A stretch of DNA of 64,000 nucleotides from Candidatus Cloacimonadales bacterium (GTDB lineage: Bacteria; Cloacimonadota; Cloacimonadia; Cloacimonadales; JAIOQZ01): positions 224,001 to 288,000 of the forward strand of contig OY771587.1 in assembly GCA_963674825.1 (NCBI GenBank), read 5' to 3'. This document shows, piece by piece, positions 10,302-19,375 of this stretch. Both the position numbers and the translations under genes were made by a program. Position 1 is the first letter of the stretch. Every line of letters starts with the position of its first letter. The notes beneath the pieces were generated by a model. That model searched no databases. It was not told where the DNA came from and worked only from the letters and a program-made list of their open reading frames with translations.

Positions 10302-10835
10302 CTACTCCCCGGCAACCTCAACCGCGATAGCATCAACCGGACAAGCCTGGTCGCAGATGCCGCACTGGATACACTTTCCCTGATCGATCTGCGCGATACC
10401 CTGCTTCATGCTGATAGCTCCTGTAGGGCATTTTTTCTTGCAGATCTTGCAGCCGATGCACTTGTCTTCCTGGACCGCGTAAAGCTTGGATGCCTCTTCT
10501 TCTTGCGCAGGTACCTGAACGGAAGAGGTCTTCTTTTCCACCGGAACCGAGGTACTGTCCGGCTTTGCAGCCGTGGTATCCGCAGCAGCGGTTTCTTCAA
10601 CAACCGAGATCGCCGCAACCGGGCATGCCTTCACGCAAAGTCCGCACTGGATGCACTTTTCACGATCGATTATGGCTTTGCCGTCAACCATCGTAATGGC
10701 CTTCACCGGACATTTCTGTACGCAGAGTGTGCAGCCGATGCACTTGTCGGGATCGACCTTGTGGTATGTTGCCGAAGTGGCCATGAGCATCACGACCATA
10801 AGCGTTGCCAGCAGCATAATAATATATTTCTTCAT
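10302..10835 (-). CDS. Signal-peptide-bearing polyferredoxin (four [4Fe-4S] motifs, two domains, flexible linker)
   Basis: AAGGAG RBS; MKKYIIMLLATLMVVMLMATSA leader. CIGCTLCVQKCP, CIQCGLCVKACP, CIGCKICKKKCP, CIQCGICDQACP. A/T/S/P/E-rich linker. Confidence 0.88.
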   Translation of the reverse strand: MKKYIIMLLATLMVVMLMATSATYHKVDPDKCIGCTLCVQKCPVKAITMVDGKAIIDREKCIQCGLCVKACPVAAISVVEETAAADTTAAKPDSTSVPVEKKTSSVQVPAQEEEASKLYAVQEDKCIGCKICKKKCPTGAISMKQGIAQIDQGKCIQCGICDQACPVDAIAVEVAGE

Positions 10836-10942
10836 TCTTCTACTCCTTCGTATGAATCGAGTCCATTTATTACATAGGGACAAACAATGCAAGAAAAAAC
10901 CGTGCCGAAATGCGGATATTACTGGAAAATAACGCGGAATTG

Positions 10943-13141
10943 TCAGTCGTCGATGATCAACTCGCCCTCGAGCAGCGTCTTCCACAAACCCGGGATTCTC
11001 ATCTTACCGTCGTGCGTATCGAAGGGTTTCGCCTCCAGGTCCCTGACCATGCTGAGGTAGATCGTCGGATCTGCGGTGCCGTCGTAGTGTCCGTCCGGCG
11101 TATAGGCAAGCCACTGCTTCCCATTTTTCACGTAGATGAGCGACGCCAGATGTTCACCCGTCGTGGAATCGAACAGGAAATACTCGCCGAGTAACCCGTT
11201 CGTGACAATCCTGCTACCGTCTTCGGTGAAGTGGGGATGGAGCTCATAGCCTTCTTCGCCAAAATCACGCGATAGATAGCTATTATACTGAAGCGAATCC
11301 AAATACGTCAGAGAATCGCCCCGATAGATGTTGCCATATCCGACGATCTTGTCGAAATCCCTGGAAAAGGCGAAATTATCCCAACTACCAAGGTTGCAAT
11401 GACGCTCTGGATTCATGCGATCGAAGAGGCAGTAATAGGATATCGTTTCCGAAAGGTCTGTCGCCAGGACAAGCGAACCGCCATTCATGATTTTGTATGG
11501 ATAGTAGCTGTATTCAAAGTATCTTAATTGGTTTGTTTTTTTACCATACATATCGTTTTCAATTTTGTAATAGAGTGGTTTTGCCTGCATGGAATCCAGG
11601 CATGTACCGGTTTCGATATCCCAGCGCTTGTAATATCCAGGCTCTATTATCGTATCCGCCGAATAAGTAAGAAGAATATTGGCTTTATCCGTAAAGCAAA
11701 CCATCCGGCTTGCTTCAGGCAATGTTCGATAAGGCGTATCCCATTCACCATCTTTGTAGATAACGGTGCTATCGGCTTCAGCAATTGCATGCCACTGCTG
11801 GTCAATGCTTTGCCCTGAGTAATTACCGAAATATCGATGTTCCTCAGATAAAAAGTTCGAATATACCAGATATTCATCATTGCTCTCATGGGCGGAATAA
11901 TCGTACTCGTCCGGCAAACTGGACGGCGTAATTGTACCTCTATCATTGTCGGTGAATATCTCGATTTCCATACTGTCGGTAAAACGAATAGAAGCCCATG
12001 GATTATCATCAGGTATGAATTCTGTATATCTACCAGAGCATTCCATTGTTGCAAGCAATGAGAGTTCGTTGGTTGTGGCATTGTAACGGTAAATCTCATT
12101 GTCTATGGTCTTAATGAGAACCTCGTCCGGATCATTGGTTGGATATGCGGAAGATACAGCCGTGATGATTCCTTTCATGCAGTCTACCTGATTCGTTTCG
12201 GTATCAATCACCACAAATGGATATTCGAATGTGCGCCAATTATACCATTCGGATGGTGGCGCAACGAAGATCTTTCTTCCATTGCTTAACGGGATGTTTA
12301 TTGTCCTGTCAGTCCAGGGAATATCATATACGCCTTCGCGTGCTCCCGTCTCGATATCATAGAGCTCAAGTTTCTTGTCATGCGTGTTTATGCATTTGCC
12401 TATGTTTATCAGTTCCGGATTATTTTCACCCCAAGAGTTTACTCGTACAGGAGAAAGGGCCTTCTTCTTGAAGTTCCAGAATCCCCTTTCTTGATTTACA
12501 TTTATTGGTCGAAAATCACCCTTGAGACGGTAGTATTTGTATCTGGCCATTCCATATGACTGACTCAGATCAACCTGCTCCAGCGTTTCACGTGCCGTTG
12601 TGTGCAGCAAAATATTTCCCCGTCCAAGTGATATTATTTCGTTCAGATCAGATGAAAGGATGAGCCTTCTATTGATATCTATATAGGGAAACGTTTTCTC
12701 AGTAAACGTTGTATCGGTTGATCGCAGCTTTGTCTGGTCTCTATCAATACGCTGGGCATAATACATTTCACCTTCCTTGAAAATGAGGACGCTAACATTG
12801 AAATACTTACTTTCCCCTGTTTCAAGATTGCGTTTTACGACCCATGCCACATCTTGATCATGAATAATGTAAAGACTTATTGAGTCCGGTGAGAACTGGA
12901 TATCTTGTATTATCGTCGTCGAATCATAGCCGGGTGGATAGCTGAAGGTTTGGATCATGTGTTTGAAATCACTCGTCCAGATCTGAAATGAATGACCATT
13001 CGAGATCGCTACCAGTTTTCCATCCGGGCTGAAAGCGAGCCATCCAATCCTAATTGAACGGTTGGGCGATACGACCCAGTCGGATGCGATAATGGGCGTA
13101 AGAACGCACAGCAGTAGCACAAATGTGAGGATTCTTTTCAT
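10943..13141 (-). CDS. Secreted WD40/beta-propeller repeat protein
   Basis: Signal peptide; LAFSPDGKLVA, IQFSPD and FAFSRD blades; C-terminal WLAYTPDGHYDG. Confidence 0.75.
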   Translation of the reverse strand: MKRILTFVLLLCVLTPIIASDWVVSPNRSIRIGWLAFSPDGKLVAISNGHSFQIWTSDFKHMIQTFSYPPGYDSTTIIQDIQFSPDSISLYIIHDQDVAWVVKRNLETGESKYFNVSVLIFKEGEMYYAQRIDRDQTKLRSTDTTFTEKTFPYIDINRRLILSSDLNEIISLGRGNILLHTTARETLEQVDLSQSYGMARYKYYRLKGDFRPINVNQERGFWNFKKKALSPVRVNSWGENNPELINIGKCINTHDKKLELYDIETGAREGVYDIPWTDRTINIPLSNGRKIFVAPPSEWYNWRTFEYPFVVIDTETNQVDCMKGIITAVSSAYPTNDPDEVLIKTIDNEIYRYNATTNELSLLATMECSGRYTEFIPDDNPWASIRFTDSMEIEIFTDNDRGTITPSSLPDEYDYSAHESNDEYLVYSNFLSEEHRYFGNYSGQSIDQQWHAIAEADSTVIYKDGEWDTPYRTLPEASRMVCFTDKANILLTYSADTIIEPGYYKRWDIETGTCLDSMQAKPLYYKIENDMYGKKTNQLRYFEYSYYPYKIMNGGSLVLATDLSETISYYCLFDRMNPERHCNLGSWDNFAFSRDFDKIVGYGNIYRGDSLTYLDSLQYNSYLSRDFGEEGYELHPHFTEDGSRIVTNGLLGEYFLFDSTTGEHLASLIYVKNGKQWLAYTPDGHYDGTADPTIYLSMVRDLEAKPFDTHDGKMRIPGLWKTLLEGELIIDD

Positions 13142-13294
13142 GACCCGATCTCCTGTGAAAAGCGATGCCTGATATGTACTTTTATCACAGTATGTGTCAA
13201 GCGGAATTAAGGCGCCACAAGAAAAAAAACCTTGCCCGTATGCCGCGTTCCGATATTTTGTCATCAAAATCACAAAGGATGGTTGAAACTAGGT

Positions 13295-13352
13295 ATGATC
13301 AACTAAGTACTCTGGCCCGTAAGAATAACTCGAACATCAGGGAAGGAGTACT
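13295..13352 (+). promoter_or_regulatory. Putative translational attenuator: MIN uORF plus SD-sequestering stem
   Basis: ATG ATC AAC TAA at 13295-13306. agtactct (13306-13313) pairs with ggagtact (13345-13352), which covers the ABC-F RBS. Confidence 0.6.
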
Positions 13353-13353
13353 C

Positions 13354-14967
13354 ATGCTGCGTTTTGAACACGTAACGTTTCGCTATCCAAATCACGTAGA
13401 ACCTGTTATCGAAGACCTCTGTGTCGATATCGTCGAAGGGGATCGTATTGCCATAATCGGCAAGAACGGCTGCGGTAAAACCACCTTCGCGAACCTCATC
13501 CTGGGTAGATTGCATCCCTCCGAAGGTAGAATCCACGTACCCAAAGACAAGCCCGTCATCGGCTACCTGCCGCAGCACTTCGACGCCGATTTCGAAGGCA
13601 CTGTGCTGGAGATCTGCCACGGGGCATTCCCCGAGCTTCGCAGCATCGGAAAGCAACTGAAGTCCCTCGAGCAGCGCATCAGCCGGGAGCCGGATAACCC
13701 GGATATCCAGCAGGAATACGGAACCCTGCTCGATCGCTACACCCGCGATGGCGGATGGGAGATCGACGCCCGTTGCGCCCGTGCTCTTGCCGAAACCGGA
13801 CTCGACGAATCCTTCCTGCAACGTGAATACGATACCCTATCCGGTGGTGAAAAGACGCGCGTCGCTATCGCCGGACTGCTGGTCAAGGCGCCTGACATCC
13901 TCCTGTTGGACGAACCCACCAACCACCTCGACCTGGAGATGGTCGAATGGCTGGAGCGGTTCATCAAACGCTTCAGCGGCACTGTCATCGCCATCTCGCA
14001 CGACCGTGCTTTCATCGACAACATCGCCGAACGGCTCATCGCTTTCGAGCGGGAAGGCGTCCTTATGCGGCGCGGTAACTACAGCCTCTACCGCGATGAA
14101 CGGCAGTACGAGAAAGAGCACCAGATGGAGCAGTGGTCCGAGCGCCAGAAGAAGATGCGCCAACTGCACGACGCGGCCCTCAAGCGCAAACAGTGGGCCC
14201 AGAAATTTCAGCCGGAAACCCGCTCCGAAGGCGGCGGCGCAATCTACGAATCGATCGTGAATCCGGCAAAGACCCAGATGCAGCAGGCAAAGCACATCCT
14301 CGAGCGCATGAAGATGCTGGAGGAACGTTACCCCATCGAAAAGCCGTGGATCGAGAAGAAACGACACATACATTTCGACATCGCACAGCCACCCTCGAAC
14401 GTCATCTTCGGCGTGGTGGGCGTCTCGCATCGGTTCGGCGAGAAGCAGGTGTTCAACGACCTCAGTCTCCACATTTATCGCGGTGAGCACGTCCACCTGA
14501 AAGGCCCCAACGGATCCGGCAAGACAACCCTCCTGCGCATGCTCAATGGCGATCTGTCGCAGGATCAGGGCGATATCTCGCGCAGCGGCAGGCTCAAGAT
14601 CGGCTACTACGATCAGGAACACCGACAGCTCGACCGCGACGCTATCGTCATTGACTTCCTCATGCGGCATAACGAGGACGCCGTCTTCGTTCGAACGATG
14701 ATGGGCTGCCTGAATATTGGCGACGATATCGTGAACCGGCCCATCGGAAGCCTCTCGGTGGGCGAGCGAAGCAAGGTCGCGCTGGGTACGCTGCTTGTTA
14801 CTCGCTGCAACGTGCTGCTGCTGGATGAACCGACCAATCACCTTGATCTGGCCACCCGCGAGCTCCTCGAAGAGGCCCTGCGGGATTTCCCCGGAACCAT
14901 TCTGTTCGTCTCGCACGACCGATGGTTTATCGATAAACTGGCGACGGGAACGATTGAGCTGAGGTAA
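13354..14967 (+). CDS. ABC-F family ATPase, ribosomal protection (ARE)-like
   Basis: Two ABC domains (GKNGCGKTT/LSGGE/LLDEPTNHLD and GPNGSGKTT/LSVGE/LLDEPTNHLD), no TM segments, long interdomain linker; GGAG RBS. Confidence 0.92.
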   Translation: MLRFEHVTFRYPNHVEPVIEDLCVDIVEGDRIAIIGKNGCGKTTFANLILGRLHPSEGRIHVPKDKPVIGYLPQHFDADFEGTVLEICHGAFPELRSIGKQLKSLEQRISREPDNPDIQQEYGTLLDRYTRDGGWEIDARCARALAETGLDESFLQREYDTLSGGEKTRVAIAGLLVKAPDILLLDEPTNHLDLEMVEWLERFIKRFSGTVIAISHDRAFIDNIAERLIAFEREGVLMRRGNYSLYRDERQYEKEHQMEQWSERQKKMRQLHDAALKRKQWAQKFQPETRSEGGGAIYESIVNPAKTQMQQAKHILERMKMLEERYPIEKPWIEKKRHIHFDIAQPPSNVIFGVVGVSHRFGEKQVFNDLSLHIYRGEHVHLKGPNGSGKTTLLRMLNGDLSQDQGDISRSGRLKIGYYDQEHRQLDRDAIVIDFLMRHNEDAVFVRTMMGCLNIGDDIVNRPIGSLSVGERSKVALGTLLVTRCNVLLLDEPTNHLDLATRELLEEALRDFPGTILFVSHDRWFIDKLATGTIELR

Positions 14968-15061
14968 AAGATTCACACAAGTACTGCACAGTTATACAGC
15001 ACTAAATCAGACTTGACATCCGAAGTACTCTTTTACTCCATCTGCGCAAAAGGAGGACATT

Positions 15062-16090
15062 ATGCGCACAACCATCACCATCGCTCTGTTATTGCTCGTT
15101 TCGGCTATCTTCGCTTATCCCACACTACAGGGAGAAGGAATAACCAAGTTCACCGAATATGCAGAAGATCATCTTGAACTTATTGATGAAATTACCCTCG
15201 ACGACAAGTCTGTCGTAGTGCGCCGCGCACCGGCAACGAAACATGCCCTTGGCGAAGTGACGATCGAGAAAAGGAAAAAAGAACGAGAATATGTATTGAC
15301 CAAATCTTCAGACCTCGGCGTTACCCTGCGGAAATCCGAGGATCATCAATATTGGGAATGGTATGACGCCAATAACAATCTGTTGAATCGCTGCCCGGCC
15401 AACCCATACATATCGAAAATTGTGCCTGTAAACACCAATGGCTACTGGCTCATGTTTGAAGAGCCAAAAGAAGATCCATACGATTTTATCGAAGAACAGT
15501 ACAATTACGATGGTCCCTTGATCTATGCTGCAGATTTCAGATGCAATGTCGAATCCAGCAACTTCCCCAGCCAGTCCGGTGTCGTTATTTTCGACCAGGA
15601 TGGCAATAAAATGACGCAGGTTGAGCTTGCAGGAGGAAGCATCACAGACATAGATATTAGTCCTCTTGGTAAATATTTCAGGGTTGCAGCCTGGCCAAAT
15701 ATTGTTATAATGACCATCAAAGGGAGTATTGTCTGGCAGAGCGATACAGAGGGCTCACGAACGATAACCTTTTCCCCAAATGAGGAGCTGGCGTTTCTTG
15801 GTGTTGGTCAATGTAAGGTACTGGATTTATCAAATGGGAAATATCTCGCCAATATCCCATGCTTTTTCGAACAAACGACCTCAGTTGCAATTAGCGACAA
15901 GGAGGCTGGGATTGTCGCAGTACCAGGATATAACGAAATTCTTGTTTTCGATATATGGGCCGGGAAACAGATCGCAAGATTCAGACAAAAAGGAACAAAT
16001 ATTCAGCTTTCAGGTGATGGACGGCTCCTATCATTCAGAGGGATAGGGAAAGTTGTTACATATCGGCTTGATGGAATAGATGGAGAATAA
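15062..16090 (+). CDS. Secreted hypothetical protein with beta-propeller-like C-half, paralog copy 1
   Basis: AGGAGG RBS, signal peptide; ISPLG/FSPNE/LSGDG blade-like motifs; N-half nearly identical to 19544..20578. Confidence 0.8.
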   Translation: MRTTITIALLLLVSAIFAYPTLQGEGITKFTEYAEDHLELIDEITLDDKSVVVRRAPATKHALGEVTIEKRKKEREYVLTKSSDLGVTLRKSEDHQYWEWYDANNNLLNRCPANPYISKIVPVNTNGYWLMFEEPKEDPYDFIEEQYNYDGPLIYAADFRCNVESSNFPSQSGVVIFDQDGNKMTQVELAGGSITDIDISPLGKYFRVAAWPNIVIMTIKGSIVWQSDTEGSRTITFSPNEELAFLGVGQCKVLDLSNGKYLANIPCFFEQTTSVAISDKEAGIVAVPGYNEILVFDIWAGKQIARFRQKGTNIQLSGDGRLLSFRGIGKVVTYRLDGIDGE

Positions 16091-16092
16091 AC

Positions 16093-16197
16093 ATGAGAAG
16101 CTGCACACTAATATTGGCAATAATCCTGATAATGATTCTCGGTGCAGCCGTTCTTTTGGCAGAGGAAATCGAAGATGAAGAAAAAACACAAAATTAA
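16093..16197 (+). CDS. 34-aa signal-peptide minigene or gene remnant (MRSCTLILAIILIMILGAAVLLAEEIEDEEKTQN)
   Basis: Manual translation; GGAG RBS in the tail of the upstream gene; paralog at 19376. Confidence 0.45.
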   Translation: MRSCTLILAIILIMILGAAVLLAEEIEDEEKTQN

Positions 16198-16436
16198 CAA
16201 ACCGAAAAATATTGACACCTGAAATATACCATTTCCTCATCTGCACAAGAGGAGAATATCATGCGCACAACCACCACCATCGCTCTATTGCTGTTCGTTT
16301 CGGCTATCTTCGCTTATCCCACACTACGGGGAGACGGAATAACCAAGTTCACCGAATATGCAGAAGATCATCTTGAACTTATTGATGAAATTACCCTCGA
16401 CGACAAGTCTGTCGTAGTGCGCCGCGCACCGGCAAC
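16144..16436 (+). repeat. ~293-bp direct repeat, copy A (copy B at 19427..19719)
   Basis: Near-identical sequence at a constant offset of 3283 bp, covering the minigene tail, TTGACA, RBS and the paralog 5' end. Confidence 0.9.
16261..16436 (+). pseudogene. 5' fragment of paralog copy 2, interrupted
   Basis: Matches copies 1 and 3 up to RRAPAT, then runs into unrelated sequence (ORF stops at 16602). Confidence 0.8.
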
Positions 16437-16967
16437 TCAAGCAAGATTTCGGATGGGAGCAAATTCGCCTTTTACAGTACCACAGGCTGAAAAATCTGAA
16501 TGCGATTTTCTGGCTCGCTGTATGTTTTCTTTACTCGATGATTACGGATGTGCCCGGATTACAATCGATAATGATGTCGGCATTTATCGAACGAAAAAGT
16601 GACTGGAAGCGCCGTGGATTCGGTATCTACTACAGGTTAACCTACGTCATTTCGGAGTGTTTCCTATGGTTTGACTGGTACTGGATAAAGCCCGATAAAG
16701 GAAGGTGGAAAGAGCATTTACAGCTCAAGGTCAGGTTCGAATGAAAAAATGGGGGTATACCTGATTGTGTAAGAAAAAGATTGACAAACATCATGAGCTG
16801 GATTCATTTTAGAAGTTGTCTCATGGCAACGTTCCATGACAAAGCAGTTTTGCAAAATGGGGTGAAGTTGTGATTCGCAGCCTTCGATTCGATGAGGAAC
16901 AATTTGTTGGGATTAACACCAACCGTTGAAACGAAATAACTAATTTTCAATAAACAAGGAGAAAATT

Positions 16968-18224
16968 ATGAAGAAAATTACTTTGTTTTTGTTGTTTGTT
17001 CTTGCTGGTCTGTTGTTTGCCGAAGTTTCAATTCAGGAAATAGCTAACCTATTGAATCATGACCCATTTGATTTAACAGAAACATTGCTGGAAAGAGCTA
17101 AAAATGCAAGGGATCTTTCCCTTTCAGAAAAGCTTATTCAGACTTGGCAAGATGGCGCATGGGTAAATCAGGGAAGATATACGTATTCATATGACGAAAA
17201 TGGTTTTCTTGTGGTTGAACTGTTTCAAATATGGTCCGAAGAACAATGGATCAACGCAGGGAACACAAACTACTCCAACAATCCAGATGGACAGCCAGCG
17301 GAAATTATGTTACAGCAATGGGACGGCACCAATCAAGTTTGGGTTGATTATTTTTGGGCAACATATGAATATGATGAAAATGACAACTTGTTGCATGGGT
17401 TACTACAAGTAAACATGGGAGAAACCTGGGTCAATTGGGTTTACGCTACCAATACTTGGAGTAACGATAATCTCCTCATGGAAGTCTTTAAAGAAGAGTG
17501 GAGTAGTGAGTCCAATAATTGGGTAAATTATGAGATAAACACCTACACTTATGATAATGGGAATCTTATTTCATACATGGAACAAGAATGGCAGGACGGC
17601 GCCTGGCTAAATAAAGGGCTGGATACATACACAAACAATGCTGAAGGGTATAAAATCGAAATGATCTTCCAACAATGGCAAGAGTCAAATCGAAGCTGGG
17701 ATAATGCTTATCAAGAATTGTTTGAGTATGATGGGGATTGGAACATTACAACAGAATATCGAAATAACTGGAGTTGGAGCGGTCAAACCTGGACAGATTA
17801 TAGGGTGAAGTATAACACTTGGGAAGATGATGTCCTGGTAGAAACGCTGGAACGTGAGTGGAATGATTCACGTGAATGGATTGATATCAGCAAAACCAGC
17901 AATACCTATATGTTAGGTATTGATAGTGAAGAGGAAATGAATCCGATCAGCATTGTGTTGACTAATATGCCCAACCCATTCAATCCAACGACTACCATTA
18001 TGTTTTCACTGGTAGCCAACAGCAGAATTGAACTGGCGGTGTATAATATCAAGGGTCAGTTCGTGAAGATGCTTGCCCGTAATCCTTTCGACAAAGGAGA
18101 CCATCGTGTTACTTGGAATGGCGATGACGTAAATGGAAAACCGGTTAGCTCAGGTGTTTATTTCTTCAGGCTGAAGGTTGATGGTGTAACTGAAGTCGTG
18201 AGAAAAAGTCTGCTTCTGAAATGA
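16968..18224 (+). CDS. Secreted Trp/Tyr-rich repeat protein with C-terminal FlgD-Ig/T9SS-type sorting domain
   Basis: AAGGAG RBS, signal peptide. Repeats of Q.W....W.N.....Y.YD..GN. NMPNPFNPTTTI...YNIKGQ...KSLLLK. AT-rich. Confidence 0.85.
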   Translation: MKKITLFLLFVLAGLLFAEVSIQEIANLLNHDPFDLTETLLERAKNARDLSLSEKLIQTWQDGAWVNQGRYTYSYDENGFLVVELFQIWSEEQWINAGNTNYSNNPDGQPAEIMLQQWDGTNQVWVDYFWATYEYDENDNLLHGLLQVNMGETWVNWVYATNTWSNDNLLMEVFKEEWSSESNNWVNYEINTYTYDNGNLISYMEQEWQDGAWLNKGLDTYTNNAEGYKIEMIFQQWQESNRSWDNAYQELFEYDGDWNITTEYRNNWSWSGQTWTDYRVKYNTWEDDVLVETLEREWNDSREWIDISKTSNTYMLGIDSEEEMNPISIVLTNMPNPFNPTTTIMFSLVANSRIELAVYNIKGQFVKMLARNPFDKGDHRVTWNGDDVNGKPVSSGVYFFRLKVDGVTEVVRKSLLLK

Positions 18225-18583
18225 TGGATTGTTTGGGCAAGAGCCAGTAGATAAACCGCGTTCTTCAAAAACCATATAGGGAGTGTGAGACGCTGAAAAA
18301 AAGTCTTAGCTCCCTCTTTTTTCAAACCGTGTGAATAAATTGCCAGCAGCTCGTGACCTCCCGTACGTTACCCCCAGGATTCAGAAGAGTCTCTGGCGCG
18401 ACCCATTTGGAAGTCGGGATTATACGGTTTTCCGAATGAGATTTCATGAACGCCATTGATATCTCGTTCAGAAAATACTCTCCAATAGAAGTGGTCTCGG
18501 AAATTAGGACTTGCGTATAAGTGGAAATCTTGCTCCATTGAACCAGAGATAAGAGAGAGTATTTAAGGAGTAAGAGAATGAGG

Positions 18584-19373
18584 AGACCTCGGCGTAACCC
18601 TGCGGAAATCGGAAGATTTGCAATACTGGGAATGGTACGACGCCAATAACAATCTGTTAAATCGCTGCCCGATCAATCCGTACATCTCCGAAATCGTGCC
18701 TGTCAACACCAATGGGTACTGGCTCATGTTTGAAGAACCCAAAGAAGATCCATACGATTTTATCGAAGAACAGTACAATTACGATGATCCCTTGATATAT
18801 GCTGCAGATTTCCGTTACAACGTCGAGTCCAGCAATTTCGCCAGCCAGTCCGGGGTCGTTATCTACGACTCGTACGGAAACAAAATGACACAGGTTGAGC
18901 TCGGGTGTGGGAATGTCAGTTCTGTTAAATACAGTCCATCAGGCAATTACTTCATTGTTGCAGCACATCCCAAGAACTTCCTCATGAGTATCGACGGACA
19001 CATTATACGAAAGTTCCAGAAAAGTGGGGGCATTTCCATCGTGTTTTCCCCCAGCGAAGAACTGGCAGTGCTCGCCCCTCCTTTTCCGTATGTAATCGAT
19101 CTCGAGACGGGGGAAATACTTGCCGAGATTTTTTCTTCATACGGATCATCAACGGTTGCTATCAGTGACAGAGAGGCTGGAATTGTAGCGGTTAAAAACG
19201 GTGGTCGTGGAAGTGGTATCCAAATATTTGATATATGGAAGGGAAAACAAATTGCACATTTCAAGCGAGATGGCACATATATTCAGCTCTCAGGTGATGG
19301 ACGGCTTATCTCATTCAAATCAAAAGGAGATATAATGCGTTCATACCTACTTGATGGCATAAGAGGAGAATAA
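18584..19373 (+). pseudogene. 3' fragment of paralog copy 2
   Basis: Homology to copy 1 resumes at agacctcggcg (DLGVTLRKSED) and is open to the stop at 19373; no signal peptide or RBS. Confidence 0.78.
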
Positions 19374-19375
19374 TC

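Noticed and set aside
5437..10835. Ferredoxin operon as part of an Rnf, hydrogenase or molybdoenzyme complex, or as multiheme cytochromes
   Set aside because: No catalytic or multi-TM subunits and no CxxCH motifs are present
10888..10907. Sigma54-like GGCAC...TTGCA upstream of the ferredoxin operon (minus strand)
   Set aside because: GG-to-GC spacing is 14 (or 9) nt, not the required 10
10836..10985. N-terminal extension with RRSRR as a Tat motif for the polyferredoxin
   Set aside because: The RR codons come from the AAGGAG RBS region ahead of ATG 10835. The extension overlaps the upstream gene and lacks the FLK consensus.
13837..14976. 379-aa minus-strand ORF, and similarly 5320..6249, 47159..48142 and 60431..61681
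   Set aside because: Shadows of well-supported genes on the opposite strand
16790..16960. Possible riboswitch in the long leader of the inserted gene
   Set aside because: No match to riboswitch consensus elements I can recognise; would need Infernal
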